The notes under the pieces are model-generated. The model was not told where the DNA came from and searched no databases. It worked only from the letters and a program-made list of their open reading frames with translations. Both the position numbers and the translations under genes were made by a program. This document shows positions 30,733 through 41,800 of a stretch of 64,000 bases of DNA, piece by piece (within the stretch, counting starts at the first letter, position 1; the number at the start of each line of letters is the position of its first letter). Origin of the DNA: Raillietiella orientalis (Eukaryota); assembly GCA_036172245.1 (NCBI GenBank), contig JAYWIR010000033.1:992001-1056000 (forward strand). Direction: 5' to 3'.

Positions 30733-32999
30733 ATCTTTATACTAGTGTATGTGCATTTATTAGATCGCACGTAAGGTGATTGACCACACACATATCCCAT
30801 GATACTAGCAAGGAAAAAGGCTAACCAGTTTATACAAATATTATCAGATTATGCTTCAAGTGTGCATCATGTTGCTTTGGTACTACCTTACTTTTATGGA
30901 TTACTTGCTGTGGTTTCCAGCAGCTGCTTTCAGTCAAAGTACTGGTACAAAGAGTTGAACATCTATGAAAAGCGCATTATATGGTCGGCTATCATACATT
31001 ATCCAAAGATGCATTCTGAAAACTGCATAGTAAATTGGGACCTTTTTATGTCTGTACGTATTTCTTTTGTTTTCCTTTTCTTCTACTTGCAACATTTAGT
31101 AGGTATACGTTGTTGATCTTGGTCATTCATCAATTATCGGACCGAACAGTCTACTAACATTAAACGAAGGAGCAGTAGGACGTTTTTGCATTGTCCCTGT
31201 GATGTCAATGAAGTTCTATTTGATCGCCCTCGGCGATCAAGATCATGAAAAGCTGTAGGTTATCTTAAAGAAAGTTTTAAAACTCCAACCAACGAATCTA
31301 AAAGTTTTAAAGGTTTGTCCACACAACTGACCCGAACGGTTTGTTGATTTTGATTGTCATCAGCTTGGATTCGTACATTTGCTCTGTCAAAACCTTTCAT
31401 TAATACTTGAATTAAACTCTGAAGAGTCTCTGACTCATAGGAAAGGAAAGAGGGAATGTGCATGCAGAAGCAAATGCTGCTCGAAGAGGACCAGTTGCGT
31501 GCACAAAAGAACCAAGTTTCTTGAATAAATGATAAAACACTTATTTGCCGTCAAAAGATTTCTTAAGTTTTTTTGAGTCATGCAGATATCTCAATATGGT
31601 CCAGATATCTACTGAATGCTTGATTGATTGTAATAAAAAAGAAGAAAGATGTGCAGACTCTCAAAAATGTGAGAATCCACAAGAGATGTCTTGAATGCTA
31701 CAGGAAGAATAATGGCATATTCTTTAAAAGGGGGAATAATGGAAGATTTAGAAAAAGATCAAAGACGAGAGTGAACATCTGCAGCTTTTAGCTTAGTTAT
31801 GATGTTATAAAGGAAGACACGGCATCGTCGAACCACACGAGAGAATATTCATTTGAAAACGCGCTAATTGCATTAAAAGCCCATAAGATTGCAGGCAGCA
31901 TATGCAAGAGCTTCCTTCATAATCCACATCGATACAGTGTGTTTTGAGAATTTGCTTTTATCACAAGCAAGTAGTTCTTGGATGTACTTTAACAAGAACT
32001 CATTGCTTTCCCTTTCCTTAAGAGACTGAAGTGTTTCTTAGAGAGGGAGAGAGAGGACAGTTTTTTGATGCCATAATCGGATGCAAGGTCGTATATCTCC
32101 AACATCTTTCGTTTCCGTAACCAGAACATTTTTTCTTAATGATTTTGCGAATATCAGCAGACCAACATTCAACAAGAGCATTCACTGTTGTCTTTCTCCA
32201 TGTGCCAATGATCTCAGAAATGCCAGCTGCATACGTAATTTTTAGTTAGGGTGGACAGTGTTCCCACTCCGTGGCATCAATCCTTTTCTATACTCCTGCG
32301 TGATGGCGCACCAAGTTATCATCACCTCTCTTACCCCCGAAAAAGGCAAGGATTTTGTTCTGATTACTGATGTGTGATCTTGCAGTCATTCTTTAACGTT
32401 AAGAAAGGAGTTCAGCACGATCTTCGTCGACCAGGCCCAAGCTACCTCGGCCGATGTGAAGGAGAGGATTTCTCTTTGGAGATCACCAACTGCTACTTTC
32501 GCTTGTTGATTCAGACTTCATCTTGAACAAGCAACTGGTCGCCGGTGTTCGTCTTCGCGAAACATTTCGCACACTTCACTTCAATCGAGGCTTGCTCAAC
32601 TGGAAGCTTTTTAACTGTCGGCTTCGCGAGTTACCAGAAACCCGGAAGTTCAGCCCCTCCCCTCCTCCCACACACTTTCCTTTCCCTTCTCCCTTTCGCG
32701 CGCCACGTGCGCGAGGAGGCAGCCATTTTGTGGGTAGCGGCAGCCAACCCGTAAGCCTGATTCGTTTTGCGGGATTCCCACGATTCATTCTTGAGGAAAA
32801 ATTACACTGCGAGCGAAATGGCAGCTTTACGGCCGAAAGAGCTTGGTAACCCTGTGAAGCTGAGCAGTGGGCGCTCCAGCACCCGGGAAACTTCGGAGAT
32901 CCATCGAACTCACAAGGTTTTTGAGCGCAGAGACCTGAAAGAATATCCAAAATCCAACGTTCCCAGGAAAAACGCTTCCTGAGGGTGAAGGGAGGCAGG

Positions 33000-35290
33000 A
33001 AGATGAGTCCAAGCCGTGCAAAGTCAGATCTCAGAGTCCGAAATGCCTTTTATGTTTCCCTCAGCTGCCGCTGGCCCGTCCGAGAAGATTCGAGTTCGCT
33101 GCCCCGCCAAGGCTCCCACATGATCTAATTCCTTCCGGGTTTTCTCCACCAGGAGTAGCCGCTCTCACTTTCGGAGGGGGAAGCAGCGAGGGATCTTTCC
33201 GCCTAACGCCCCGCGAATAGGTTGCATCGTCCCACGTCCGTCGACCTGACCCAAACAGCCTTCCCTTCTGTGCCTCAGACCTCTTCTGACCAACCTGATC
33301 TGCCATGGACCGGGAGGCCGACGCAAAATGGTCCACCGCCGCGAGCACCTGTGCGCCTCCCAGCGGCGTGATGCGAAGCTCCCCGGAGGCCCCTGGAGTC
33401 GGTGGCGATGTGCCCACCCACCCACCAGCAACGTGAAAGAGGAGGCGGACGGCGAGAGACCTGGAGAGCCGTCGCTCCCACCGACGTGGGAGGAAGCCTT
33501 GGGGTGCACGGAGGCCTCCCAGCAGTGAACTCGGGTGGCACTCTCTCTCCCTCAAGAAGGAGCGCTCTGTCATCCTTCATCTTGGGAGGGGAGAGGGGAC
33601 GGAGAACCGCGATCCGTCCCCTTCTGGTCTGTTCGCTTCCCTTCCAGAGAGCCGGAGGGATGCCCTGACGACGGAGGACACTGCCAAGAAACGACCTCAG
33701 AGAGTTTCATGTTCTCCTTCCAACGGAAATCAGCCCTGGAGACTGAGGTGGTCTCCCTTCTTCCGTAACCTCAAGGGGTCCCTATGTCGACGGAAGGTCG
33801 CCTCCAGCGCTGACGCCTGCTGGGGAGCTTTGAGCTTCTGGATGATAAGCCTGGATCTTCCTGGGGCCGCGTTGCCTCGGATGCGGCGAGATCTTGGGAG
33901 TCCTAGGCGACGCCACCTCCGCAAGCCGCCTCCGAACGGTGAGCTTCGACCACCCCGAGGTCATCACAACACACCCTCAAAACGATCTGCGTCCTAGCAC
34001 GGGAACGAGCAACGCGAGACTGGAGGGATCGAAAGACTCGGGTCGCCATGTGGCCCTCCTCTAGACCCTGGTGCCTCTTCTGTTCGTATGACCCCGGGGA
34101 CGCGCGGATCCGCTGACAGGGAGCGATCAGTCCTTCGCAGCCTCCAATTCCTAGTTGAGAGCTGCGCATGCCGGATGAGTCTGAAGGGAAGTGGACCCCC
34201 CCTGTCTCACTGCTGCACCGCTGCCACGGGCAATGCCGGTTCTTCCGGTTGCCGACGCCTTTCTCTTTCCCCATCCATCCGAGGGACTTTCCACCTGATG
34301 ACGGAAGCCATCCGATTGGGGTGGTTGAAGGAGGAGCTGAACCACTCCAGCTTCACGCAGTCCCCGTCTTCTCTGCTTCTGCTGCATCCGCTGAGGATTC
34401 TAGGGACCCTTCCTGAGCGGAAAGGAGCGCCCACTTCTTGCGGGCTTCCCCTTTCCTCCTGGAGGCTGACCACAGGCCACGAAACACCCCCTTGCGGTGC
34501 AATGGATGGGTCTGGACGGCTGCGGGGGCAGCTCCATACTCAGGCCGGATGGATAGAGGGAGGAACTCGCTTTTTTTTGCTGGAACCTGCCTTTCGGATG
34601 GCCTTATCTGCCTCTTGTCACTCAGCCTCCAGGATAGCGAGAAGAACGGACCCTTCCTCGCGTGCATCCCGCTCGCGGTTCTGATCTCATCAATGCCCGA
34701 GGACTCCCGGTGTGCGCCCCCACTGCAGCTTCAATCCAACGGAAGCCATGTGGTGCTCATTTCGACAGTATTCGTGCTCCGCGCGCGGGTTGTGCCGCCT
34801 GGTCACACCGGAGGGTCAGTCTTAAAAATAAACTGGCAACTTTGGTAGGGCCCTCGTCCATATGGCGCGACGAAGTTCCACTGGACCTGCCGTCACAGTG
34901 AGTACCGCGAGGTCCCGTTCGACCTCTGCAGAACGCCAGCAAGTTCGCTTCCAGTGCTTCCCAGGTGGTGCCACCTCTCGGCGATCCTCGCGTTAGTGAT
35001 CTTTCTCCCGGGTAGAGGGCAACTCTAGCCGCGGCAGCGCATTGCTCACGAAAGGGGGATTTCGTCACGTCCCTAGGGTCGCTCACGGGGATCTGGAGCA
35101 CCGTCGGAAATCAGTCGGTGGGAGTCGCAGTAAGCAGTGCGGGAGGTGTGGGGGGTTTCCTCTTCCTCCGCACCTGACCAGCAGGCGCGCTGAGTCTGGG
35201 GCGAGGTTCCGGGAAGGAGGGAGAGACCCACTTCCCTGCGCCCCTTGGGGAACAAAAGGGGAAGCGGGAAGGGAGCGCCAATCACCCGAC
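33000..35290 (-). mobile_element. Decayed L1/Tx1-like LINE: end of APE endonuclease, linker and RT remnants
   Basis: Collinear degenerate motifs on the minus strand: IPVSDPRDV (~SDH, ~35080), TWEALEANLLAFC (~WExLK, ~34950), NAAPGRSRL (~KAPGPDGL, ~33865), RPLSPPKMKDD (~RPISLLNxD, ~33590), HIATDSRG (~33400), SRGVRRKDPSLLP (~RGVRQGDPLSP, ~33200). Confidence 0.65.
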
Positions 35291-35307
35291 GGACGCATAA
35301 AAAGAAC

Positions 35308-35313
35308 TTTATT
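35308..35313 (-). promoter_or_regulatory. Candidate E78 polyadenylation signal
   Basis: First AATAAA I found on the minus strand downstream of the E78 stop (~560 nt). Confidence 0.45.
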
Positions 35314-35872
35314 TCCAATGAGTACCGGTACAAGTTTCCTCCTTCTCAGGAGAGCGGGGACGGGGATAAGGGTGGAGGTGTGATCGTGGGAAGGACTGGG
35401 GAGAGGGAGGGAGCTCTTCGCTGATGGTGAGGAACTTCGAGGTAGGGCTCTCCGCTGCGGTAGGGGGTAGACAGAATGACCGACAAGAGAACAAAAAAAA
35501 AAAAAAAATGGGCGCGCCCTCCCGGCACGGGAGGCCGCGAAGCGGCGTGGGAGAGCGTAGGAGACCTCGAAAGGTATGGATATGGGACGAGAAATGGGGA
35601 GGGGAGGTCGCTCCTTTGCTTGCTCCTTCCGCCCCTGTTCGGGGAAGTCCAAAGAGCCTCCTCCGGAATGCCCACGAAGCCTCCTCTTCCCCAATTCGAG
35701 GAAGGGGCGAAGAGGGGAGGGTGTATGTGCAGCCTTCCCCCTCGTCCTCCTGGCTGCTCCCAGAGCGAGGGGAATGTTCAGGCCGCCGCCTGCTTCTCCG
35801 CTGGGAAGGGGAACGGGTGTGGTCTGGGCCCACGGAGGAGCCAAAGGGAGGAGGGAGAAAATGGGACGGGCG

Positions 35873-38800
35873 TCAGTGAGAGTCCTCCTCGTTCTTGGGG
35901 ATGTCGAATATCTCGGCAAAGAGGGGTGGCAGCTTGAGGCGCTGCCACTGAGCCCGGAACCAGGGCAAGTGGTCCCCGTGCTTGCCGCTGAGGTTCCTCA
36001 GCTCCGCCAGCTTGGTCAGGAGCGTCGGGAACAACCGAGACACCCCCGGGTCGCGCTTGCTGACCTGAGGGAGGGATGGAGAAAGAGGGGAAGGTGACGT
36101 CTCCCCCGGAAGGGGGGCGGTACCTGGAGTTTGAGGGCCTCGGCGATCCTTTCCTGGCATCCCTCGATGACCTTGGGGTTGGACAGGCCGGGCCTGTCGG
36201 ACGTCAGCAGAATGGCAGCCGAGAAGAGCGCCAGCTCGGCGTCGCCGAGCGCCAGGCTGTTGAAGGAGGAGGCGAATTGGAACAGGGACGCCACGAACTC
36301 GGGCTGCGGAAGGAGAGAAGAGGGGCACTCGAGCGGGAACGGCGGCGATGCAGGGGAGGGAACGGAGGAGGAGGGGGGGGGAAGAGGCCGCCACTCACGT
36401 TGAAGACGACATTGAGCTGCTCTCCGGTGAAGAAGACGCCTTCGGCAAAAGTCAGCGTCTCATCGAGAGAGCTGATGGTCCTCGACATCCTCGCTAGCCA
36501 CATCTCGAAGAAGCCCACCTTGATGAGAATCAGCTGGTCGTCCTGAGTCAGCTCCTGGAACCCTGGAAGGGAACGGAGGAAGCGAATGAACGAGGCGAGT
36601 AGGCTGCGAACGCGCGCGTGAGGGTTGCGGAGGAGGATCGGATCGCAAGTGGCGCCGGTGCTCCTTGGCAGCCGCCCATCCCTTCTGCGATGATCCCGGG
36701 TTCAGAGAAGCCATCTCTGGCGAGGCCGGATGCACAACCTGGCACTCTCAGAAGTGGAGAGGCTGAGGGGAGCGGCTCGGAGGGATTGGGGTGTTTCCCG
36801 ATGGAGAAGCAGAGGAGTAAGAGGAGAGGCTACGGCTTCAAGCGATGGTACCAAACTTTCCACAGTGGAGTAGGGAATGAGGAAGAGGGGAATAAGGTCA
36901 TGTTTTTGGTCAGGTTCCTTGTTTCCATAGGCTTGTCGTGCATGTTGCCAGGATAGGAGTAGGAATAGGACGAAAGAAGGAGGAAGGACGAATGGAATAC
37001 GAGGGTGAGGAAGAGAAGGAATGGAGGAAGAGTGAAGGAAGAAAAGGAGGGGCAGAGGAAAGAGAGAAGGAACGGAGAAAGAGCACAAGGAATGAAGGAA
37101 GAGGAGGAGGAATGGAAGACGAGGACGAAGAAAGGAGGAAGAGGAAGAATGAAGAGGAGGAGGAATGGAGGAAGAGTAGGCATGGAAACAGGGAAAGGTA
37201 TGGCTAGGGGTAGGAAAGGGAAGAGGGATATCTGCTTACCTGGTACCCTCTTAGCAAACTCCACGATTCTCTGGATACAGGGAGTCATGTACATGGCAAG
37301 CTGCTGCCACATGATGAGCTTCTGGTTCTCTAGACTTTCCATAGTGCTGGAAGCTCCTTCAGGGCTGTCGACCACTACGCACGGGGGCTGCAAAAGAAGG
37401 ATGCCAGGGTTCCCTCACAACGCACCCTCTCCCTCTTTCCCCTTCTCATTCAGGTTCCCAGGATCCCATTCTTGTCCATTCTATCCTCAGCAAGCAATCG
37501 AAACGAGCACAAGCTGGAAGAAGGGAAGTGACAGGCCAGGGATGGGGGAACTCCTTTCTGGGATGGTGGCCGCCAGTTCACTTAGTCCCTAATGGGAACG
37601 GCGGGCAGGGGTGAGTCACGATTCCCAATGGGGAGAGAACAAAAAATCACAAAAGCGCCCCATCCTCCAGAGCGCTTCCTCCTGAGATGGAGCGCTCCGG
37701 AAGGCAGGCACTTCCGAGATAAAAAGCTCGGGAGATTTCAAGTTTGAGCCAGGCACGATGACCCCTCCGTCTTCCACCTCATGGGGTCTCGGAATCGCGT
37801 CGGGCAAGCTATCTGGAGGTGAGAGGGAAGGATGGTTCCCTTCCCCCGCGTTCGCGATGCGGCGCACCTTCCAGGAAATCCCGCTGGTCCTGAGGCCTGT
37901 GGAATCTGCTTCCTGGAAAGCGAGGACGGATCCTCCCTTTTCAAAGTCTGATCTTCCGGCGCAGACGGGGTTGAAGGAAGGGCCAATCAAAGGGACCGCC
38001 GCACGTTACCAGGGGAGTTGCCCGTGGGCTCAGGGGCACACTACGTTGCTTGGGGTACCCTGGTCCCGGAGGAAGGAGGACAGATGCGTGGGATGAGAAG
38101 GGGGAGGGGGTGTAAAGAGAGATGGGAAAGAAGAAGGGAAGGAAAAAAGGGTGACCCCAAGGCACCCTGCCGGCTTACGAATGTCGCGGGCTTCGCCAAA
38201 AGGCCGCTGATCCTGTCCTCCGTGTAGGCGCAGTTGGCAAGGTAAGCCTGCAGCACAGCTGCGGTGAAGTCGTACACAGATAATGGCTGCTGCTGCTGTT
38301 GGTGGTGCTGCTGGCGCAGGGAGTTGGCTTCCTCCGAGGGTGAGGCAACTTCTCTCGGGAGGCCTTCCACAGGCGCGGCGGCAACGATGACCGCTGTCGC
38401 GTCTTCCGTCTGCTCCCGGTTCCTCTTCGGCACCCGTCCGTAGCGCACAGCTGCATAAGCGTTTGCTGCGGGGCTCCTGCGGTTTCGGCTCACCCCCCGT
38501 TCTCATCTTACAATCTCGAGACATGCCGACGGCTAGGCACTTTTTGAAGCGGCAGTACTGGCAGCGGTTGCGGTTGAGGCGGATGACCAGACACTTCCCG
38601 TCCCTCAGGCATCGGTACTCGATCTGCTTCTGGATGCTGCGGCGGAAGAATCCCTAAAGGAGGCGTAGGGTCGAGCAAGGGAGCGGGATGGCAGCCCAGG
38701 AGGCTTTACCTTGCACCCTTCGCACGAGGTGACCCCGTAGTGGTAGCCGGAAGCCTTGTCCCCGCACACCTTGCACGGGATGAACGACTTTCCGTTGGCG

Positions 38801-41800
38801 CAGTTACCCGTGTTCGAGTCGGCTGCGTTGGAACTGGCTTCTGGAATAGGAGAGGCGATGATGGTCAGCCTCCCTTCGGCGAGCGCGGCGGAGCAGCTGG
38901 GCTGCAGCGGGCGTCACGGAAAGGACGGTTTCGCTTTCGAGCGACGGGGGTCACGGGTTTTCTGCGTCCTGGCAGTCGGCAGGAGGATGCTCGCACGAGC
39001 TTTGTAGTGGTTTTTGGGATGGAAACACGGGAAGCATCACACTCGCGGCGGTATCTTTCGTGCCGATGAGCTACAGCTATTTATAGATCTACGAGCCGCT
39101 TATATCAATCGTGCCATTGTTAGCGATCGTCTATATATAGCTGGTAGTCTGCAGCTATTAATAGATTTACTGTATGCATGCCATTGTTGGCAATCGTCTA
39201 TATATAGCTGGTAGTCTGTGGCTGTTAATAGATTTACTGCATGCACGCCACTGTTAGCCAAATATTCAGCAAGAACCAGTCGTTGTCTCAAGGAATCTCA
39301 GAAGTATCATCGCCTCAGGCATCGGTACTCGATCTGCTACTTCTGGATGCCGTGGTGGAAGAAACCCTGAGGAGAGGAAGGGCCTTCCAAGCAATTCCAG
39401 CTCTTTCCCCGATTCACGTGGCTTTTAGCCTTCCTGGTCTTTCTCGAGTACACCGAACTGGCTCATGTAATCCCTTCTTCCCGGTGCACAGTGAACTACT
39501 GACAGCCATCCTTCCTCGCGTGGCGAGATGAAGAATGGGTGGCTGTCGTGACGAGGCAAGCAACGCCGAACCGAGGAGGTGGGCGGGGGGATCTCCCTAT
39601 GCCCACCAGCGGAATTTGAAAAAAAAAAAAGAAAAAAAAGATGACACTACGCCTGCTCTTCGTTCCGCGAATCACTTCCCTTCCTTTCTGCCCTCGTCCT
39701 CACTTGGAGTCCTTCGTTCATGAGAAATGCGGAAACAGTCAGTGGTACTGTGAGCCCCTCACTGGCTTGGCGAGGACTGGGGATACGTTCACAAAAATGC
39801 CACGAGGAACAGAAGGGAAAGGGGAAAAGCTTTTCTTCACTCCGCTTCCTTTCTTTGCCTCCCCCCATAAAAGGATATGGGTGAGAGTTGCTTTTCTTGG
39901 CGGTGCTGCGCCAACCATGGCCATCAGAAAGTTCCAGGCGCCAGCAGTCGATCAGCAGAGACCTCCGCGGTGGGTTCAGGCGAGCGAGGATGGGCAAAGA
40001 CCTGTTTCGGGCGAATGGCTGCAACGGGGCTTCTGTGGACTCCGCTGGCACCGCGAGCGGGACGCATGCGAAGCTCCTAAGGACCGACTTCCTTACGCCC
40101 GATTTTCGGACTGGTCAATGCAAGACAAGCAACGAAGCGTCTCCTCGCTGATTCACTTATTGGAGCAGCTGCGGGAGGACAAATCAAAACCCCTCGACCG
40201 ATGAAACCTGGACTGGTAGTCACCTGCTGGCGCCCGAAAACATGCCGTCGGGGCATTGGCACATCGTGACTGTTGCACTCCCAGCATTGTTAACGATCGT
40301 CCACACGCAGCCGATGCGCTGTGGCTATTTATAGATCTACGAGCCGCTTATATCAATCGTGCCATTGTTAGCGATCGTCTATATATAGCCGGCAGTCTGG
40401 GGCTATTAATAGATTTACTGCATGCATGCGACTGTTAGCCGAATATTTTGCAAGGGCCACTCGTTGTCTCGAGGAATGTCAGAGGAATCATCGCCTCAGA
40501 CAAAAGGTAAGATCTTCCTTACTTTTCTTTTTTCCTCGTTACGTATCTCCTGTAAATTCATGATGTAAAAAAAAAAAAAAAAAATTCACTCTAACAAAAC
40601 ACTCAGACAACATAATGGAAAAAAAAAATACACACACACACACACACAAAGTGCCTGTTTGCTGCTAGCGAAACGAAGGTGAAAAATCAGAGCAAACCCT
40701 ACAGCTGTTCCGATAGAATTTTCGATCCGCTTAAGAGGATCTTAGCTTCGCCGCTGTATCAAGTGCCCAGAAACTGGAGACCGTGTGCGTCCCAGACGGA
40801 CAGCTTAGTGTCGTGAGTCCTCGTGTCTCCTCTCAAAGAAGGAGCATCTTCCTGGACTGGCACATCACTGCTTTGAGGTAGGGAGAGTTTTGCTAGCTCA
40901 TGCCATTAATACGGAAGATGGACTGCATAACATCTCTTCTAAAATGTCACGAAATCTAATGAACACAGAAAATGGATGCCATGGAACGAAACGAAAGCAA
41001 GGCTGCAGGGAAAGCAGGACGTCCACGAAGCAATCGGAAGACCAAGGAAGGGAAGTAACTGAGGAGTCATTCCGGGGAAGCGTGCAAGATAGATGGACCG
41101 CTACTTCGAAACTGGTGGAGGAAAACCCCAGACGGCGGCGTCTGTCCCAGAGATTCTGTCCTTCCTGCTGGAGATCGGGGAAGCTGCCCTCATACCACTC
41201 TTTTTGCATAAGCCATTTCAGATCCGAATTCCAGCAAGAGTAGAATGCAGTGCACTAGTTCGGTAGGGAATGTCTGCTCGCCCTCCGAGATCTGCAGGGG
41301 CCGCCAAACGGGAGCTCCTGTAGGCCAAGTGAATCTTCCCGTTTTCCTGGAGATGCCTGTGAGCATCTTTTGACACCTGGGAAACCCGCTGTGCATGCAA
41401 AAAAAAAACTTCCGCCGAGATGCGATCCTGCACCTCTGTTTCTGGGTTCCGTTCCTCCTGCAGGAGGATGGAACGCAGGATACCGAGAAAGATTCTTCCC
41501 TGAGGGGAAGGTGCCACTGATTCGGGCAGCGACGCGGGGCTTTGAGAATCTTTTCTGTTCCCGTCAACGTCATGTGGGCATCCATTCCGAAAGGTGGTCG
41601 GTCTCCCAGTGGTGAGCTCTCTCGAGAGCGCGCGCCATCTCCACAGCATTCGTCCGATGAGGGGAGAGGCGTAGTGAGGCGAACTGACAAGAGATGGTGC
41701 GCGCAACGCGGCGAGGAGTTCCGCGCCGAGGGCGGCGGCGTTTTACCTCCCGCTTAGGCCCACTTACGCGTACGAGCTGCGCAGGTTCCGCAGCAGCCTG

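Noticed and set aside
32400..32550. IFVDQAQA as an RT LDQxKAF motif
   Set aside because: A single weak motif without collinear neighbouring RT motifs.
36830..37239. Hydrophobic Phe/Leu/Pro/Ser extension of ORF 36830-37393 resembling a membrane protein
   Set aside because: It is read-through into the polypyrimidine intron after the GTAAG donor at 37239.
38450..38840. Assignment of the nuclear receptor to E75/Rev-erb or HR3
   Set aside because: The [33 protein letters not shown] and [12 protein letters not shown] signatures fit E78 better.
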